NCBI GenBank assembly: GCA_041750285.1
Contig: JBGSZS010000004.1
Location: forward strand, 128,001-192,000
Length of the DNA stretch: 64,000 nucleotides
Reading direction: 5' to 3'
DNA from: Candidatus Fermentibacteraceae bacterium
GTDB taxonomy: Bacteria > Fermentibacterota > Fermentibacteria > Fermentibacterales > JCC-6
Part shown: positions 1 to 8,903 of the stretch, piece after piece
Position numbering within the stretch: position 1 is the first letter of the stretch
Layout of the letters: every line of letters starts with the position of its first letter
The notes under the pieces: model-generated
Databases searched by the model: none
What the model was told of the DNA's origin: nothing
The model's input: the letters and a program-made list of their open reading frames with translations, nothing else
Translations under genes and position numbers: made by a program

Positions 1-514
1 CTATGCTGAACGCGCCTTCCCGGCCGGGGCCGAAAATCCAGGTGTTGAGCTGGGTTTCGGCCTGAAGGCCCAGCATGTGGCTCTGGTTCTGATAGAGGTT
101 TTTCTGAAGCGTCTTGAAGGCCTGCTGCCTGCCGTTGTCGCTGCTGGTCATAAGCATCAGGTCGAGTGACTGCCTGTCACCCGAGTGAACGTCCACAAGG
201 CCGTAGAACTCCTCGACCGCCTTCATCGCGTCGTCGAGAAGCTCCTGGGGAACTCCCTTTCCCCTGCAGCTCTTCAGGAAGCGGCTGAAACTCTGCTTGC
301 CGGGAATGAACTGGGCGGCGAAGAAGATGTCGTCTTCGTGAACGATGCGGAAGATACGCCATCCCAGCTTTTTATCGAGATTGAGGACCTGGTAGACGTC
401 GTGGGGGTTCTCGATGTACGCGGGCAGGGCATCCATCAGGGCACCGATGCGCCTCTTGACCTCGAGCACGGTTTTTCTGACGTCGTCTTCGAAGCACCCC
501 GTAAAGCAGTTCAT
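1..514 (-). CDS. Hypothetical protein, runs off the window edge; possible N-terminal HTH-like segment
   Basis: Not in the ORF track. Manual translation from ATG at 514 (G-rich RBS upstream) is open to the edge: MNCFTGCFEDDVRKTVLEVKRR...VYQVLNLDKKLGWRIFR...HSGDRQSLDLML. Confidence 0.7.
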   Translation of the reverse strand, partial: MNCFTGCFEDDVRKTVLEVKRRIGALMDALPAYIENPHDVYQVLNLDKKLGWRIFRIVHEDDIFFAAQFIPGKQSFSRFLKSCRGKGVPQELLDDAMKAVEEFYGLVDVHSGDRQSLDLMLMTSSDNGRQQAFKTLQKNLYQNQSHMLGLQAETQLNTWIFGPGREGAFSI

Positions 515-544
515 TGCATCCCCCTGCAGTTAAACAGCGCAAAT

Positions 545-596
545 GGTTTGAAAGTGATAATATAACGATTCCGAACGGTATTGGAAGTGATTATAG
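545..596. repeat. Imperfect direct repeat upstream of the 1..514 gene, possible operator
   Basis: TTGAAAGTGATAATA (548) and TTGGAAGTGATTATA (581), 33-bp period, in an AT-rich intergenic region. Confidence 0.5.
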
Positions 597-619
597 AATC
601 AGGGACTTCCGCGAAGTGC

Positions 620-1270
620 TCAGGGGCTTTCCTTGAGAAGACCGCTGAAAAGGTCTTCCTGCCTTGTTGTGACCACGTCCAGATCGCTTCGGTTGCCCTG
701 GATGAATATCTTGTCCTCGCCCAGGACCTTGTTCACTGAAGGTTCACCGATGGTGAAACCCCTTCTGAACTCGCGGGTGGTCCACGATGAGATGAGCAGC
801 TTCCTGCCGGTCTGTTCAAAAAAAGCCTTCGAGCACTCAGAAAGCCTGCCGCACCGTGACTCTCCGATGACTGCAAGCCTTATGGGAGTGTCGTCGCTTG
901 CGTTGCCCGCGGCATACTCGCCATGAATGAAAGCTATGCCAAGTTCGGAGCTGACCGGTTCAAGAAGTGATTCCAGGGCTTCCACCAATCCGGTGGTCTT
1001 GGAGAAGATGGAACGCAGCTCCCTGTAGATCAGGCAGTCACGGTTCACCTTGAAGTGCACCTGGTTGCCCCTGCGAAGCCTGACGACGATGCCGGCCCGT
1101 GCCAGCCTTCCAAGTTCGCGTTGAACCGCCCCCCTGCCGCACTGCAGCAGACGTATCAGTTCGAGCACGTAGAAAGAGCGGTCACTGTGGAGCATCAGGG
1201 TGGAGAGTATCTGCCTTCGAACCTTGCCGAAAAGGCACTCTCCAAGCAGCTCGTTGGGGTTCGTACTCAT
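620..1270 (-). CDS. ArsR-like wHTH fused to a minimal nucleotidyltransferase fold with degenerate catalytic motif
   Basis: FYVLELIRLL..GRGAVQRELGRLARAGIV..RRGNQVHF wHTH; AFIHGEYAAG...TPIRLAVIG aligns to the GS...DxD motif with those residues lost. Confidence 0.75.
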   Translation of the reverse strand: MSTNPNELLGECLFGKVRRQILSTLMLHSDRSFYVLELIRLLQCGRGAVQRELGRLARAGIVVRLRRGNQVHFKVNRDCLIYRELRSIFSKTTGLVEALESLLEPVSSELGIAFIHGEYAAGNASDDTPIRLAVIGESRCGRLSECSKAFFEQTGRKLLISSWTTREFRRGFTIGEPSVNKVLGEDKIFIQGNRSDLDVVTTRQEDLFSGLLKESP

Positions 1271-1371
1271 ACAGGGTACATTCATACTTTTTATGGGTAA
1301 GTCAATACTGGCTGCAACAAATCGGACAAAAATGGTATACTAGGATCAACGAACACCCGAAGGGAAGATCC

Positions 1372-2871
1372 ATGAAAACAATGATCGCATTCCTCCTGAT
1401 CGCACTGGCCCAGGTTTCTTTCGCAAGCGGGCTGGTCATCGTCGAGCGGGACATTCGCGACGTCCTCCCCCTGAGCGATGGCGTGACCGTCTACCACGTG
1501 GCCGAGAACTGGTTCCTGGCCGAAGCGCCGGCCTCCTGGGGCGAGACCGTTGCGGAAAGCGCCGAAGGCCTTTACATCGCCCATCTTTCCGATGAGAACG
1601 CTCAGGTTCCGGGCCGCGCCGTCTTCTCCCGTGACGGAATGACCGTTTTCGAGCCCCTCTCTCCCCTTCCGCTCACCGCCCACCCGGGCATCAGGCAGAT
1701 AACCCCCCTCAGGCCCTACAACGAAGCCGCCTTTCGCCAGCCCGTCCAGCTCCCCTTCGGCGGAAGCCGCGACATGGTGTCGGAGATCGTAGGGCAGCTC
1801 AGCGAGGACAGTCTGAAAAGCCACATCCAGAACCTGCAGGACTTCCAGACCAGGCTCTGCATAACGCCCCAGTTCTTTGAAAGCGCGTTCTGGGTGGCCG
1901 CCAAATACGAGTCGTACGGCCTCGAGTCCGTGGCGGTCGACACGTTCGACTTCACCTTCTACGGCAACCCCTACCAGTCCGCCAACGTACAGGCCGAACT
2001 TCCCGGAACCCTCGAGGAGCCCGGCATCGTGCTCATCACCGGTCACCTCGACGCCATTACGTACACCTCGCCCTACGAATTCGCGCCGGGAGCCGACGAC
2101 AACGCCAGCGGGTGCGCCACGGTGCTCGAGGCTGCCCGCATACTCAGCCAGTACGAGTTCCCCAACACCCTGCGCTTCGTCTGCTTCGGCGCCGAGGAGC
2201 TCGGGCTCATCGGCAGCGAGTACTACGCCGAGAACTCGTACAACCTGGGTGAGAACATCGTCGCGGTCATGAACCTCGACATGATCCTCTACGGCCCCGA
2301 ATCCAACAGGGCCCTCTTCGTGCCATACAACTCGACCTCCGAGTTCATCGCCGGCATGTTCGGCGAAGTGGCAGGCACGTACGTCCCCGAGCTCGAACTG
2401 AACGTGATGTACTCACCGGGCACCACCTACAGCGATCACGCCCCGTTCTGGCAGAACGGCTACGCGGCGCTGCTGGGCATCGAGGCAGCCATCGACGACA
2501 ACCCTCACTACCACCAGGACAGCGACATTCTCGAGAACTATGAGGAGTTCTGGCCCTTCGGTACCGAGTGCGCGAAGGCCGCGCTCGCATTCACCGCCCA
2601 GGCCGCCCTGACGGACTGGCTCGGCATCGAAGGCACCGCCCCGGCATCCGTGGCCCTGACGGTCTTCCCCAACCCAGCCTCCACCATCCTCGGGCTTTCA
2701 CTGGGTGGAGAAGCCCCGGAGGGTGTGTCGCTCTTCGACATAACCGGGCGAATGGTCCTCTCGGGAAGCGGAGCGACGCTTGACGTTTCGGGGCTGGCCC
2801 CCGGCGTTTACCTCGTAAGGGCCGCCACCGAAGGCGGTTTCAGTACGGCCAGGGTGGTGCTCACCAGGTAG
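1372..2871 (+). CDS. Secreted M28 family Zn peptidase with T9SS type A C-terminal sorting domain
   Basis: Signal peptide MKTMIAFLL; GHLD, GADDNASG, AEELGLIGS, NLDM, SDHAPF, YH motifs; C-terminal VFPNP...FDITGR...SGLAPGVYLVR. Confidence 0.9.
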   Translation: MKTMIAFLLIALAQVSFASGLVIVERDIRDVLPLSDGVTVYHVAENWFLAEAPASWGETVAESAEGLYIAHLSDENAQVPGRAVFSRDGMTVFEPLSPLPLTAHPGIRQITPLRPYNEAAFRQPVQLPFGGSRDMVSEIVGQLSEDSLKSHIQNLQDFQTRLCITPQFFESAFWVAAKYESYGLESVAVDTFDFTFYGNPYQSANVQAELPGTLEEPGIVLITGHLDAITYTSPYEFAPGADDNASGCATVLEAARILSQYEFPNTLRFVCFGAEELGLIGSEYYAENSYNLGENIVAVMNLDMILYGPESNRALFVPYNSTSEFIAGMFGEVAGTYVPELELNVMYSPGTTYSDHAPFWQNGYAALLGIEAAIDDNPHYHQDSDILENYEEFWPFGTECAKAALAFTAQAALTDWLGIEGTAPASVALTVFPNPASTILGLSLGGEAPEGVSLFDITGRMVLSGSGATLDVSGLAPGVYLVRAATEGGFSTARVVLTR

Positions 2872-2875
2872 ACGG

Positions 2876-3331
2876 TCAGTCCGTGAACATTATCTTCCGG
2901 GGATTGCCGGGGTTGACCCGTATCTGATGAACGCTTCCCACCGCGTAGGAAGCTATGTTCACCATTGAGACGACTTCCCTGTGCTCCACCTGGTACACCC
3001 CGTTGGAGTCGCTCGTGACTTCGAGCGCGAACTTGATCTTCGGCATGTTGTTGATGTAGGTGCCGGTCTCGGAAACGGAGAGCACCTTCGCCGTCGCCGG
3101 AAGCCACGTCTCCAGTGCATTCCTCCGGCGTGCCGCCATGAAGCGGAGGACCAGGATAAGCGAAAGGTCCGAGACCAACCAGAAACCGCCGAAAATCCAC
3201 AGAAAAACTTTCAACGGGTGACCGTCGTCGGTCTCTGCCTCGGGGCTCACCAGGAACCCCGCCACTATCATTGCCACACCTATGAGAATGAAGAACTTGA
3301 AAACGCTCCAGTTTACCCCCCAGACAGCCAT
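2876..3331 (-). CDS. Small membrane protein, two TM helices plus OB-fold-like domain (DUF3592-like)
   Basis: Two hydrophobic segments followed by ATAKVLSVSETGTYINNMP...VGSVHQIRVNPGNP. Confidence 0.65.
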   Translation of the reverse strand: MAVWGVNWSVFKFFILIGVAMIVAGFLVSPEAETDDGHPLKVFLWIFGGFWLVSDLSLILVLRFMAARRRNALETWLPATAKVLSVSETGTYINNMPKIKFALEVTSDSNGVYQVEHREVVSMVNIASYAVGSVHQIRVNPGNPRKIMFTD

Positions 3332-3457
3332 GTTCCATCCCCCTCTGTGAACCTTTTTTTTCCTTCACCGCTCCCTAAGATAAAACAGAAGGAAGAGAGT
3401 GCGAAGTGCTTCCAAAAGCTCCAACCGGCATATTCACCGGAATCGGGGGGTCGGATC

Positions 3458-4237
3458 ATGAGAATACTCATTACAGTTGTTCTGGGAGTGACGGCAGCCG
3501 GTACATGTCGGGCAGCCGGTTTTCCATACAGACTCCAGCCCGGTGTTGACGGCCCGGCAAGCGCTGCATTCGCTTCCGTTCTGGCAACCGGGTTTCTGCT
3601 CGAAAGCGATGGGGAAGAGACACCCTGGAACGGTGTTCCGCTGGATGATACGGGTGTGAACGGTTTCGACCGCTGGGCAATGAGACCCTACTCACAGGGT
3701 CTGGACGATGCCGGAACAGCTGCACAGCTCCTGACAATGGCGTCTCCGACTGTCCTTGCCGCCACCGACCCGGGCAACTGGCTGACCGTGGGAGTGATGT
3801 ACGCCCAGTCCGTCATGCTCACGTGCGGTCTGAAGAACACCCTGAAGGGTCTCGTCGACCGGAACCGCCCTTACATGTACTTCGATGATCCCAGCGAAGA
3901 AGGGCTGGAAAGCGGCGACCGCCTCAATTCATTCCCCTCGGGTCACACAGCCTACGCCTTCAACGGGGCGGTCTTCACCTCTCTCGTTTTCACGCGATGC
4001 TTCCCCGATTCCCCATGGAAAACACCGGTCATTGCGGGTTCGATGGGCCTGGCAGTAACCACCGCCGTTCTCAGGATCGAAAGCGGGAACCACTTCCTTT
4101 CGGATGTGCTTGCGGGAGCGGCTATTGGTGGTCTGTCTGGCTTTCTTATCCCCTGGCTGCACGAGACTGAAGGCTCGGCCGAAGGACTTTCGGTCACGCC
4201 TCTCCCGTCCGGGGGGATGGTCACGCTCCGGTTCTAG
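3458..4237 (+). CDS. PAP2 family phosphatase
   Basis: K-x6-RP (KGLVDRNRP), SFPSGH and R-x5-H-x3-D (RIESGNHFLSD) motifs; N-terminal hydrophobic leader. Confidence 0.9.
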   Translation: MRILITVVLGVTAAGTCRAAGFPYRLQPGVDGPASAAFASVLATGFLLESDGEETPWNGVPLDDTGVNGFDRWAMRPYSQGLDDAGTAAQLLTMASPTVLAATDPGNWLTVGVMYAQSVMLTCGLKNTLKGLVDRNRPYMYFDDPSEEGLESGDRLNSFPSGHTAYAFNGAVFTSLVFTRCFPDSPWKTPVIAGSMGLAVTTAVLRIESGNHFLSDVLAGAAIGGLSGFLIPWLHETEGSAEGLSVTPLPSGGMVTLRF

Positions 4238-4248
4238 CCGGCAGCGCC

Positions 4249-4288
4249 TTGACACAACTGTACTACTGTTATAGTATTGTAGTACAGT
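4249..4288 (+). promoter_or_regulatory. Sigma70 promoter overlapped by a palindromic YtrA-type operator
   Basis: TTGACA-N17-TAGTAT; perfect inverted repeat ACTGTACTAC-N12-GTAGTACAGT (4257-4288) directly before the AAGGAGG RBS. Confidence 0.85.
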
Positions 4289-4302
4289 AAGGAGGTCAGG
4301 GC

Positions 4303-4692
4303 ATGTTCCGTGTAGATCCGGATTCCCCGGTACCCGTCTATGAACAGCTGAAAAGGCAGATCAGGCTCGGTATCGTATCGGGGGCCTTTCCCCCCGGGTA
4401 CAGGATGGCGTCGATCCGTGAGCTTGCATCAGAGCTTACGGTGAACCCCAACACCGTTGCAAAGGTGTACGGCCAGCTGGAAACCGAGGGCTTCCTGGTC
4501 TCCAGGGCGGGTTCAGGTTTCTATGTGAAGGACTGCAAGGAAAGTGTTCTTGAAACAAGGCACGAGCTGCTTGCCGAACTTGCGGCCGAGTTCGTGGCCC
4601 GGTCGGTTGAACTTGGCCTGACCCCGAATGAGATCCGGGCAGCGCTTTGCGAAGAGCTGGAAAGGAGACCCGACCTTGATACGGATGAGTGA
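4303..4692 (+). CDS. GntR family transcriptional regulator, YtrA subfamily
   Basis: PVYEQL...SIRELASELTVNPNTVAKVYGQLE..G wHTH with short helical C-terminus; precedes ABC genes. Confidence 0.9.
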   Translation: MFRVDPDSPVPVYEQLKRQIRLGIVSGAFPPGYRMASIRELASELTVNPNTVAKVYGQLETEGFLVSRAGSGFYVKDCKESVLETRHELLAELAAEFVARSVELGLTPNEIRAALCEELERRPDLDTDE

Positions 4693-5389
4693 CATTACCT
4701 GCGGCTACGGTGGAAAGCCTGTCCTTTCGGGAGTATCCCTCGACATCGAAGAGGGCACGACAACTATGCTCACGGGGCCGAACGGAGCCGGCAAATCCAC
4801 CCTTTTGCGCGTTCTCGCCGGAACTCTCGCCCCGACAAGGGGAACGGTCGATTACGGCTGGCCCGGCGAAAGGGACCCCCGGCGGTTCATAGGTTTCCTG
4901 CCGGACAGCCTTGGCATGTACGCTTCCCTGAGCGTTGCCGAGGCAACGCGCATACACCAGGAAGCTTTCGGCGTGGACCCCTCTCCCCTCCCCCTTCCAG
5001 GGAAGGCATCGATCTCCGAAAGAACTGTGATAAGTGAGCTTTCCATGGGTCAAAGGGTGCTTTTTCAGCTCGCCCTTCTGCTCTCCACCCGGCCAAGATT
5101 CATCCTCCTGGACGAGGTCCTTCACTCCGTTGACCCGTACCTTCGAAGCCTTGCCCTCGAAGCAATCGTTGCGGCTATGGCGGAGAGCAACCCGACCGTC
5201 GTTATGGTGAACCTCAACTACCGTGAGACGGCACCCCTTGCCGAGCGCGTGGTGTTCCTGGGCAGGGATGGGATACTGCTTGACGAACCCGTGGAAAAAC
5301 TTGGCGAACGAAGCTCCGAAAGCGGCCTGCCCGGGATACTGACCGGGCTGATGGAAAAAGCCCGTGAAGAAGGGAAGGACTATCGATGA
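4676..5389 (+). CDS. ABC transporter ATP-binding protein (YtrB-like)
   Basis: TTG start after AAGGAG; Walker A GPNGAGKST, LSMGQ signature, ILLDE; H-loop His absent (VMVNLNY). Confidence 0.85.
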   Translation: MIRMSDITCGYGGKPVLSGVSLDIEEGTTTMLTGPNGAGKSTLLRVLAGTLAPTRGTVDYGWPGERDPRRFIGFLPDSLGMYASLSVAEATRIHQEAFGVDPSPLPLPGKASISERTVISELSMGQRVLFQLALLLSTRPRFILLDEVLHSVDPYLRSLALEAIVAAMAESNPTVVMVNLNYRETAPLAERVVFLGRDGILLDEPVEKLGERSSESGLPGILTGLMEKAREEGKDYR

Positions 5390-6165
5390 GAACATCCTCG
5401 CTGCTTCGAAGGGAGACAAGGGACACACTGCGGCAGACCGGAGCGATGCTTTTGTTCCTGCTTCTGATACCCCTGGTGTATGCTTTCAACAACGCACGCT
5501 TCGGTGGCACGATGAGCCTTTCCCATCACTTCTTTTACGGTTGCTGTTTCGTGCTTGCCGCCACACTTCTGGTGCTTGCGCGCTTCATGTTCGAAAGGGA
5601 GTGCCGTGACGGTGCGATGGAGTACCTGAAGACACTGCCCCTGACCCCGGCGCGGGTTCTGTTCGTGAAGGTCCTTCCCCGTCTTGCCGTATCCTGGGTC
5701 CTTGTGTGGCTTTTCGTAAAAGTCTTCTTCGGCGGCCTGTTCAGCCTGATGAGAACCGGATTGACGGGCTGGGAGTTGTTCCTGCTGTTCTTCCTTCCGC
5801 CTGCGCTTCTTTTAACAGGTGGATTCCTGTACGGGGTTTCAGGCAGGAAGGGCGCCCTCTCTGCGCTGATGCTTCTGATACCGGTTCTCTACATCTTTTT
5901 CCCGGGCCAGGATGTTGCCCACTCGCTTTTTGGCGCGTTCCTGAGGCGGTACGGGGAAGGGATGAGCCTGGGAGGCGTACATGCTGCCCGGGCCATCTCT
6001 TTCACCATCGGCGCCCTTCTTCCCCCGCTGCTCTCCCTTCTTGCGCTGATGCCCCTTTTCCGCCAGTGGCAGAGCACACCGGAGAAGGTCCTGTCGGAGA
6101 GGATCGTAAGAAGGGCCGCAATTCCCACCGTGCTTATGCTTGCGCTGTTTCTGGTCCACATGTAG
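5386..6165 (+). CDS. ABC-2 type permease
   Basis: About six TM segments; ERECRDGAMEYLKTLPLTPARVLFVK motif; ATGA overlap with the ATPase. Confidence 0.8.
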   Translation: MRTSSLLRRETRDTLRQTGAMLLFLLLIPLVYAFNNARFGGTMSLSHHFFYGCCFVLAATLLVLARFMFERECRDGAMEYLKTLPLTPARVLFVKVLPRLAVSWVLVWLFVKVFFGGLFSLMRTGLTGWELFLLFFLPPALLLTGGFLYGVSGRKGALSALMLLIPVLYIFFPGQDVAHSLFGAFLRRYGEGMSLGGVHAARAISFTIGALLPPLLSLLALMPLFRQWQSTPEKVLSERIVRRAAIPTVLMLALFLVHM

Positions 6166-6307
6166 ATGCAGTGAGGGAAGCCGGGGGGCAATTTTCGTTG
6201 CAGCAACTTAACGTTTCTGTTACGTTGCTGCCATGGATCTGCGGGCTGATGGAGAACGGCCCAGCATATCACTCACCTGCAGCATGGTGATTTCCCGCAT
6301 CATTTCA

Positions 6308-6361
6308 TTGACAGTTGGTGAATTATGTACTACATTTCTTTCGTAACATCTTTCTCGTAAC
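6308..6361 (+). promoter_or_regulatory. Putative sigma70 promoter followed by a direct repeat
   Basis: TTGACA-N17-TACATT; TCGTAAC at 6341 and 6355 (14-bp period). Confidence 0.55.
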
Positions 6362-6373
6362 GAAGGGAATGAA

Positions 6374-7510
6374 ATGGCAAACCCCTTCTCATACGGCGGC
6401 ATCGTAAGCGACAGGCAGTTCTGCAACAGGGTCACCGAGCTGCGGGAGCTTGTGAGGGCGGCGAAGAACAGCGAGAGGCTCTTCATCCACGGGGAGCGGA
6501 GGGTCGGCAAGACCTCGCTTTTGAAATCAGTGATGGGCAGGATCAGGGAAGCCGGAGGCATCTGCTTCTACATCGACGTATGGAAGTGCGTCGACGAGGC
6601 GGACTTTCGCAGGGTGTGCGCCTCGGCCCTCTCGGGTTACGCTCTGGAGAAGGGAAAGGGCGCCCTTGAAAAACTTGCCGGGCTTTTCTCGGGTGTGGCG
6701 CCCTCATTCGGCATCGACGAGGCGGGAAAGCCCACAGTCACCCTGGTGCGCGACCGAAGCCGGCCCGAGGGGCCCGATGTCGAGGAGATACTTCGGGCGC
6801 CGGGCAGGGTAAGTGCCATGGAGCCGGGAAAACCCGTTCTTGTAGTGTTCGACGAGTTCCAGCAGATCAGGGAGATATCGGGCCTGAGGCTCGAAAAGGT
6901 CATCAGAAGCGTGATACAGGAGGAGACCGGCGTGGCCTGGTTCTTCTGCGGCAGCCGGGCCACGCTTCTCCGCGAGATGTTCCTGAAGAAGGGCAGCCCC
7001 CTCTTCAGGAGTTCGGGGCACTACCCCGTCGGCGCCATCGGCCCTGCCCACTGGCGCCCCTTCATCACGGGGGAGTTCGACCGGAGCGGCAAGAAGATAT
7101 CACCTGAAACTGTAAGGGCGCTCGTTATGGCAACGGGGGGCCACCCCTTCTACACCCAGATGCTCTGCTCCGCCCTCTGGGACATCTCCGGCCACACGGC
7201 CTCCGGGAATGATCTCGAAGCCGCCGTTTCACTTCTTCTGGACAGGGAGAGCGGCACCTATGCAACCCTGTGGAACTCGCTTCCCGACCAGCCCAGGAAG
7301 ATGCTTCGGGCCATTGCCCTCGAAGGCGCACTTCTGAAGCCGACATCGGGGGTCATGGTGAGGAAGTACGGGTTCTCATCGCCTTCCACTGCAAAGAGTG
7401 CCCTGCTTTACCTTCTGAAGCACGACCATGCCTCACAGGACGAAAAGGGGGGCTACCATCTTTCCGACCGGTTCCTGGCCATGTGGTGCCTTCGGAACGT
7501 GGCGACTTAG
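6374..7510 (+). CDS. AAA+/archaeal-type ATPase with C-terminal wHTH
   Basis: NPFSYG start, GERRVGKT Walker A, VVFDEFQ Walker B, CGS, TGGHPFYTQ, C-terminal helix-wing ending DRFLAMW. Confidence 0.85.
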   Translation: MANPFSYGGIVSDRQFCNRVTELRELVRAAKNSERLFIHGERRVGKTSLLKSVMGRIREAGGICFYIDVWKCVDEADFRRVCASALSGYALEKGKGALEKLAGLFSGVAPSFGIDEAGKPTVTLVRDRSRPEGPDVEEILRAPGRVSAMEPGKPVLVVFDEFQQIREISGLRLEKVIRSVIQEETGVAWFFCGSRATLLREMFLKKGSPLFRSSGHYPVGAIGPAHWRPFITGEFDRSGKKISPETVRALVMATGGHPFYTQMLCSALWDISGHTASGNDLEAAVSLLLDRESGTYATLWNSLPDQPRKMLRAIALEGALLKPTSGVMVRKYGFSSPSTAKSALLYLLKHDHASQDEKGGYHLSDRFLAMWCLRNVAT

Positions 7511-7526
7511 GGGACGATACTATCGG

Positions 7527-8771
7527 CTATCCCGTTATCCCGTGCTTTTTCCCGACCTTTTTGAAGGCCGCGATGGCCATGTCGAGGTGCTCGCGGGTGT
7601 GGGCGGCCGAGAGCTGAACCCTGATGCGGGACTGCCCGCGGGCAACCACGGGATAGAAGAAACCGATGGCGTATATCCCCTCTTCCAGAAGGTCGTCGGC
7701 GAACTGCTGCACCAGAACGGCGTCGTTCGGGTACATGCCGAACAGGATGGGGACTATGGCTGTTTCGCCGTCGATTATCGAGAAGCCGGCCTTCTTGATG
7801 CCGCTTCGGAAGTATGCGGCGTTATCGTGGACCCTGTCGCGCAGTTCGGTGCTGCGCTGGATGATGTCGAGCACCTTGAGCGTGCCTCCAACCACCGGCG
7901 GGGCCATGGTGTTGCTGAATACGTAGGGGCGCGACGTCTGCCTGAGCCACTCGACCAGCACCTTTCTGCCTGCCGTGACGCCGCCGCTTGCGCCGCCGCA
8001 CGCCTTGCCGAAGGTCGTGGTGACGAGGTCGGCCCTGCCCAGAACGCCGTGGTGCTCGAGCGAGCCCCTTCCCGTCCTGCCGATGTAGCCCGTTCCGTGG
8101 CTGTCGTCCACCATGAGCAGGGCGTCGTGTTTGTCACACATTTCGACTATGGCGTCGAGGGGGGCGATGTCGCCGTTCATGCTGAAGACGCCGTCGGTTG
8201 CCACCAGCCTGTACCTGGCGTTGCGCACGCTGTCGAGCGTGAGAATGTCCTCGAGGCCGGGAAGTTCCCTGCCGTCGAAGTTCCGAAGGCCCGTGCCGGT
8301 GTGGCAGTGGCTGTAGACGTGGCGCTGCGCCTTGCAAAGCCTTACGCCGTCGATTATCGAGGCGTGGTTGAGCTGGTCCGCTATGATGGCGCACTCCTCG
8401 TCGAGGAAGGGCTGAAAGACCCCGCCGTTGGCGTCGAAGCAGGATGAGTAGAGGATGGCGTCGTCGGTTCCCAGGAACTCCGCAGTCCTTCTCTCCAGTT
8501 CGCGGTGTATGTCCTGCGTGCCGCAGATGAACCGGACGCTCGACAGGCCGAAGCCCCTGGTCCTGAGGGTCTGCGCAGCGGCTTTGACGACCTCGGGATG
8601 GTTGGCCAGGCCAAGGTAGTTGTTGGCGCAGAAGTTGAGGACCTTTTTGCCGCCGGCCACGATTATCTCGGCTCCCTGTGCGGAACTTATGACCCGCTCC
8701 CGCTTCATGAGGCCTTCGTCATCCCTGACTTTCATGAGTTTCGCAAGGTCGACCAGGATTCTGCTGGACAT
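7527..8771 (-). CDS. kbl: Glycine C-acetyltransferase (2-amino-3-ketobutyrate CoA ligase), more canonical copy
   Basis: NFCANNYLGL, SVRFICGT, YSSCFDANGG, LNHASIIDGVRLCKA, TDGVFSM, DDSH, TFGKACGG (PLP Lys), WLRQTSRPYVFSN, RIRVQLSAAH. Confidence 0.9.
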   Translation of the reverse strand: MSSRILVDLAKLMKVRDDEGLMKRERVISSAQGAEIIVAGGKKVLNFCANNYLGLANHPEVVKAAAQTLRTRGFGLSSVRFICGTQDIHRELERRTAEFLGTDDAILYSSCFDANGGVFQPFLDEECAIIADQLNHASIIDGVRLCKAQRHVYSHCHTGTGLRNFDGRELPGLEDILTLDSVRNARYRLVATDGVFSMNGDIAPLDAIVEMCDKHDALLMVDDSHGTGYIGRTGRGSLEHHGVLGRADLVTTTFGKACGGASGGVTAGRKVLVEWLRQTSRPYVFSNTMAPPVVGGTLKVLDIIQRSTELRDRVHDNAAYFRSGIKKAGFSIIDGETAIVPILFGMYPNDAVLVQQFADDLLEEGIYAIGFFYPVVARGQSRIRVQLSAAHTREHLDMAIAAFKKVGKKHGITG

Positions 8772-8860
8772 CCGTTCCTCTTCCCGCGCCGGAGTACGGC
8801 AAACGTGAATTTTGTAAGGAAAAAGTGATGCCGGTGTTCGCCGGCGCCGGGAATATAGTG

Positions 8861-8890
8861 AAACCGGGGGCGCGGGTGCGCCCCCGGTTT
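8861..8890 (-). terminator. GC-rich hairpin between the two kbl paralogs
   Basis: AAACCGGGGGCGC-GGGT-GCGCCCCCGGTTT, 13-bp perfect stem just downstream of the 8904 stop. Confidence 0.7.
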
Positions 8891-8903
8891 TCTCCTGTCG
8901 GGG

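Noticed and set aside
185..565. 126-aa plus-strand ORF in the track
   Set aside because: Shadow of the minus-strand gene 1..514, which has a better RBS and more protein-like sequence
6166..6305. Possible riboswitch (fluoride- or glycine-like) upstream of the ATPase
   Set aside because: Some pairing potential, but I could not match the conserved aptamer nucleotides; an Infernal/Rfam scan would decide
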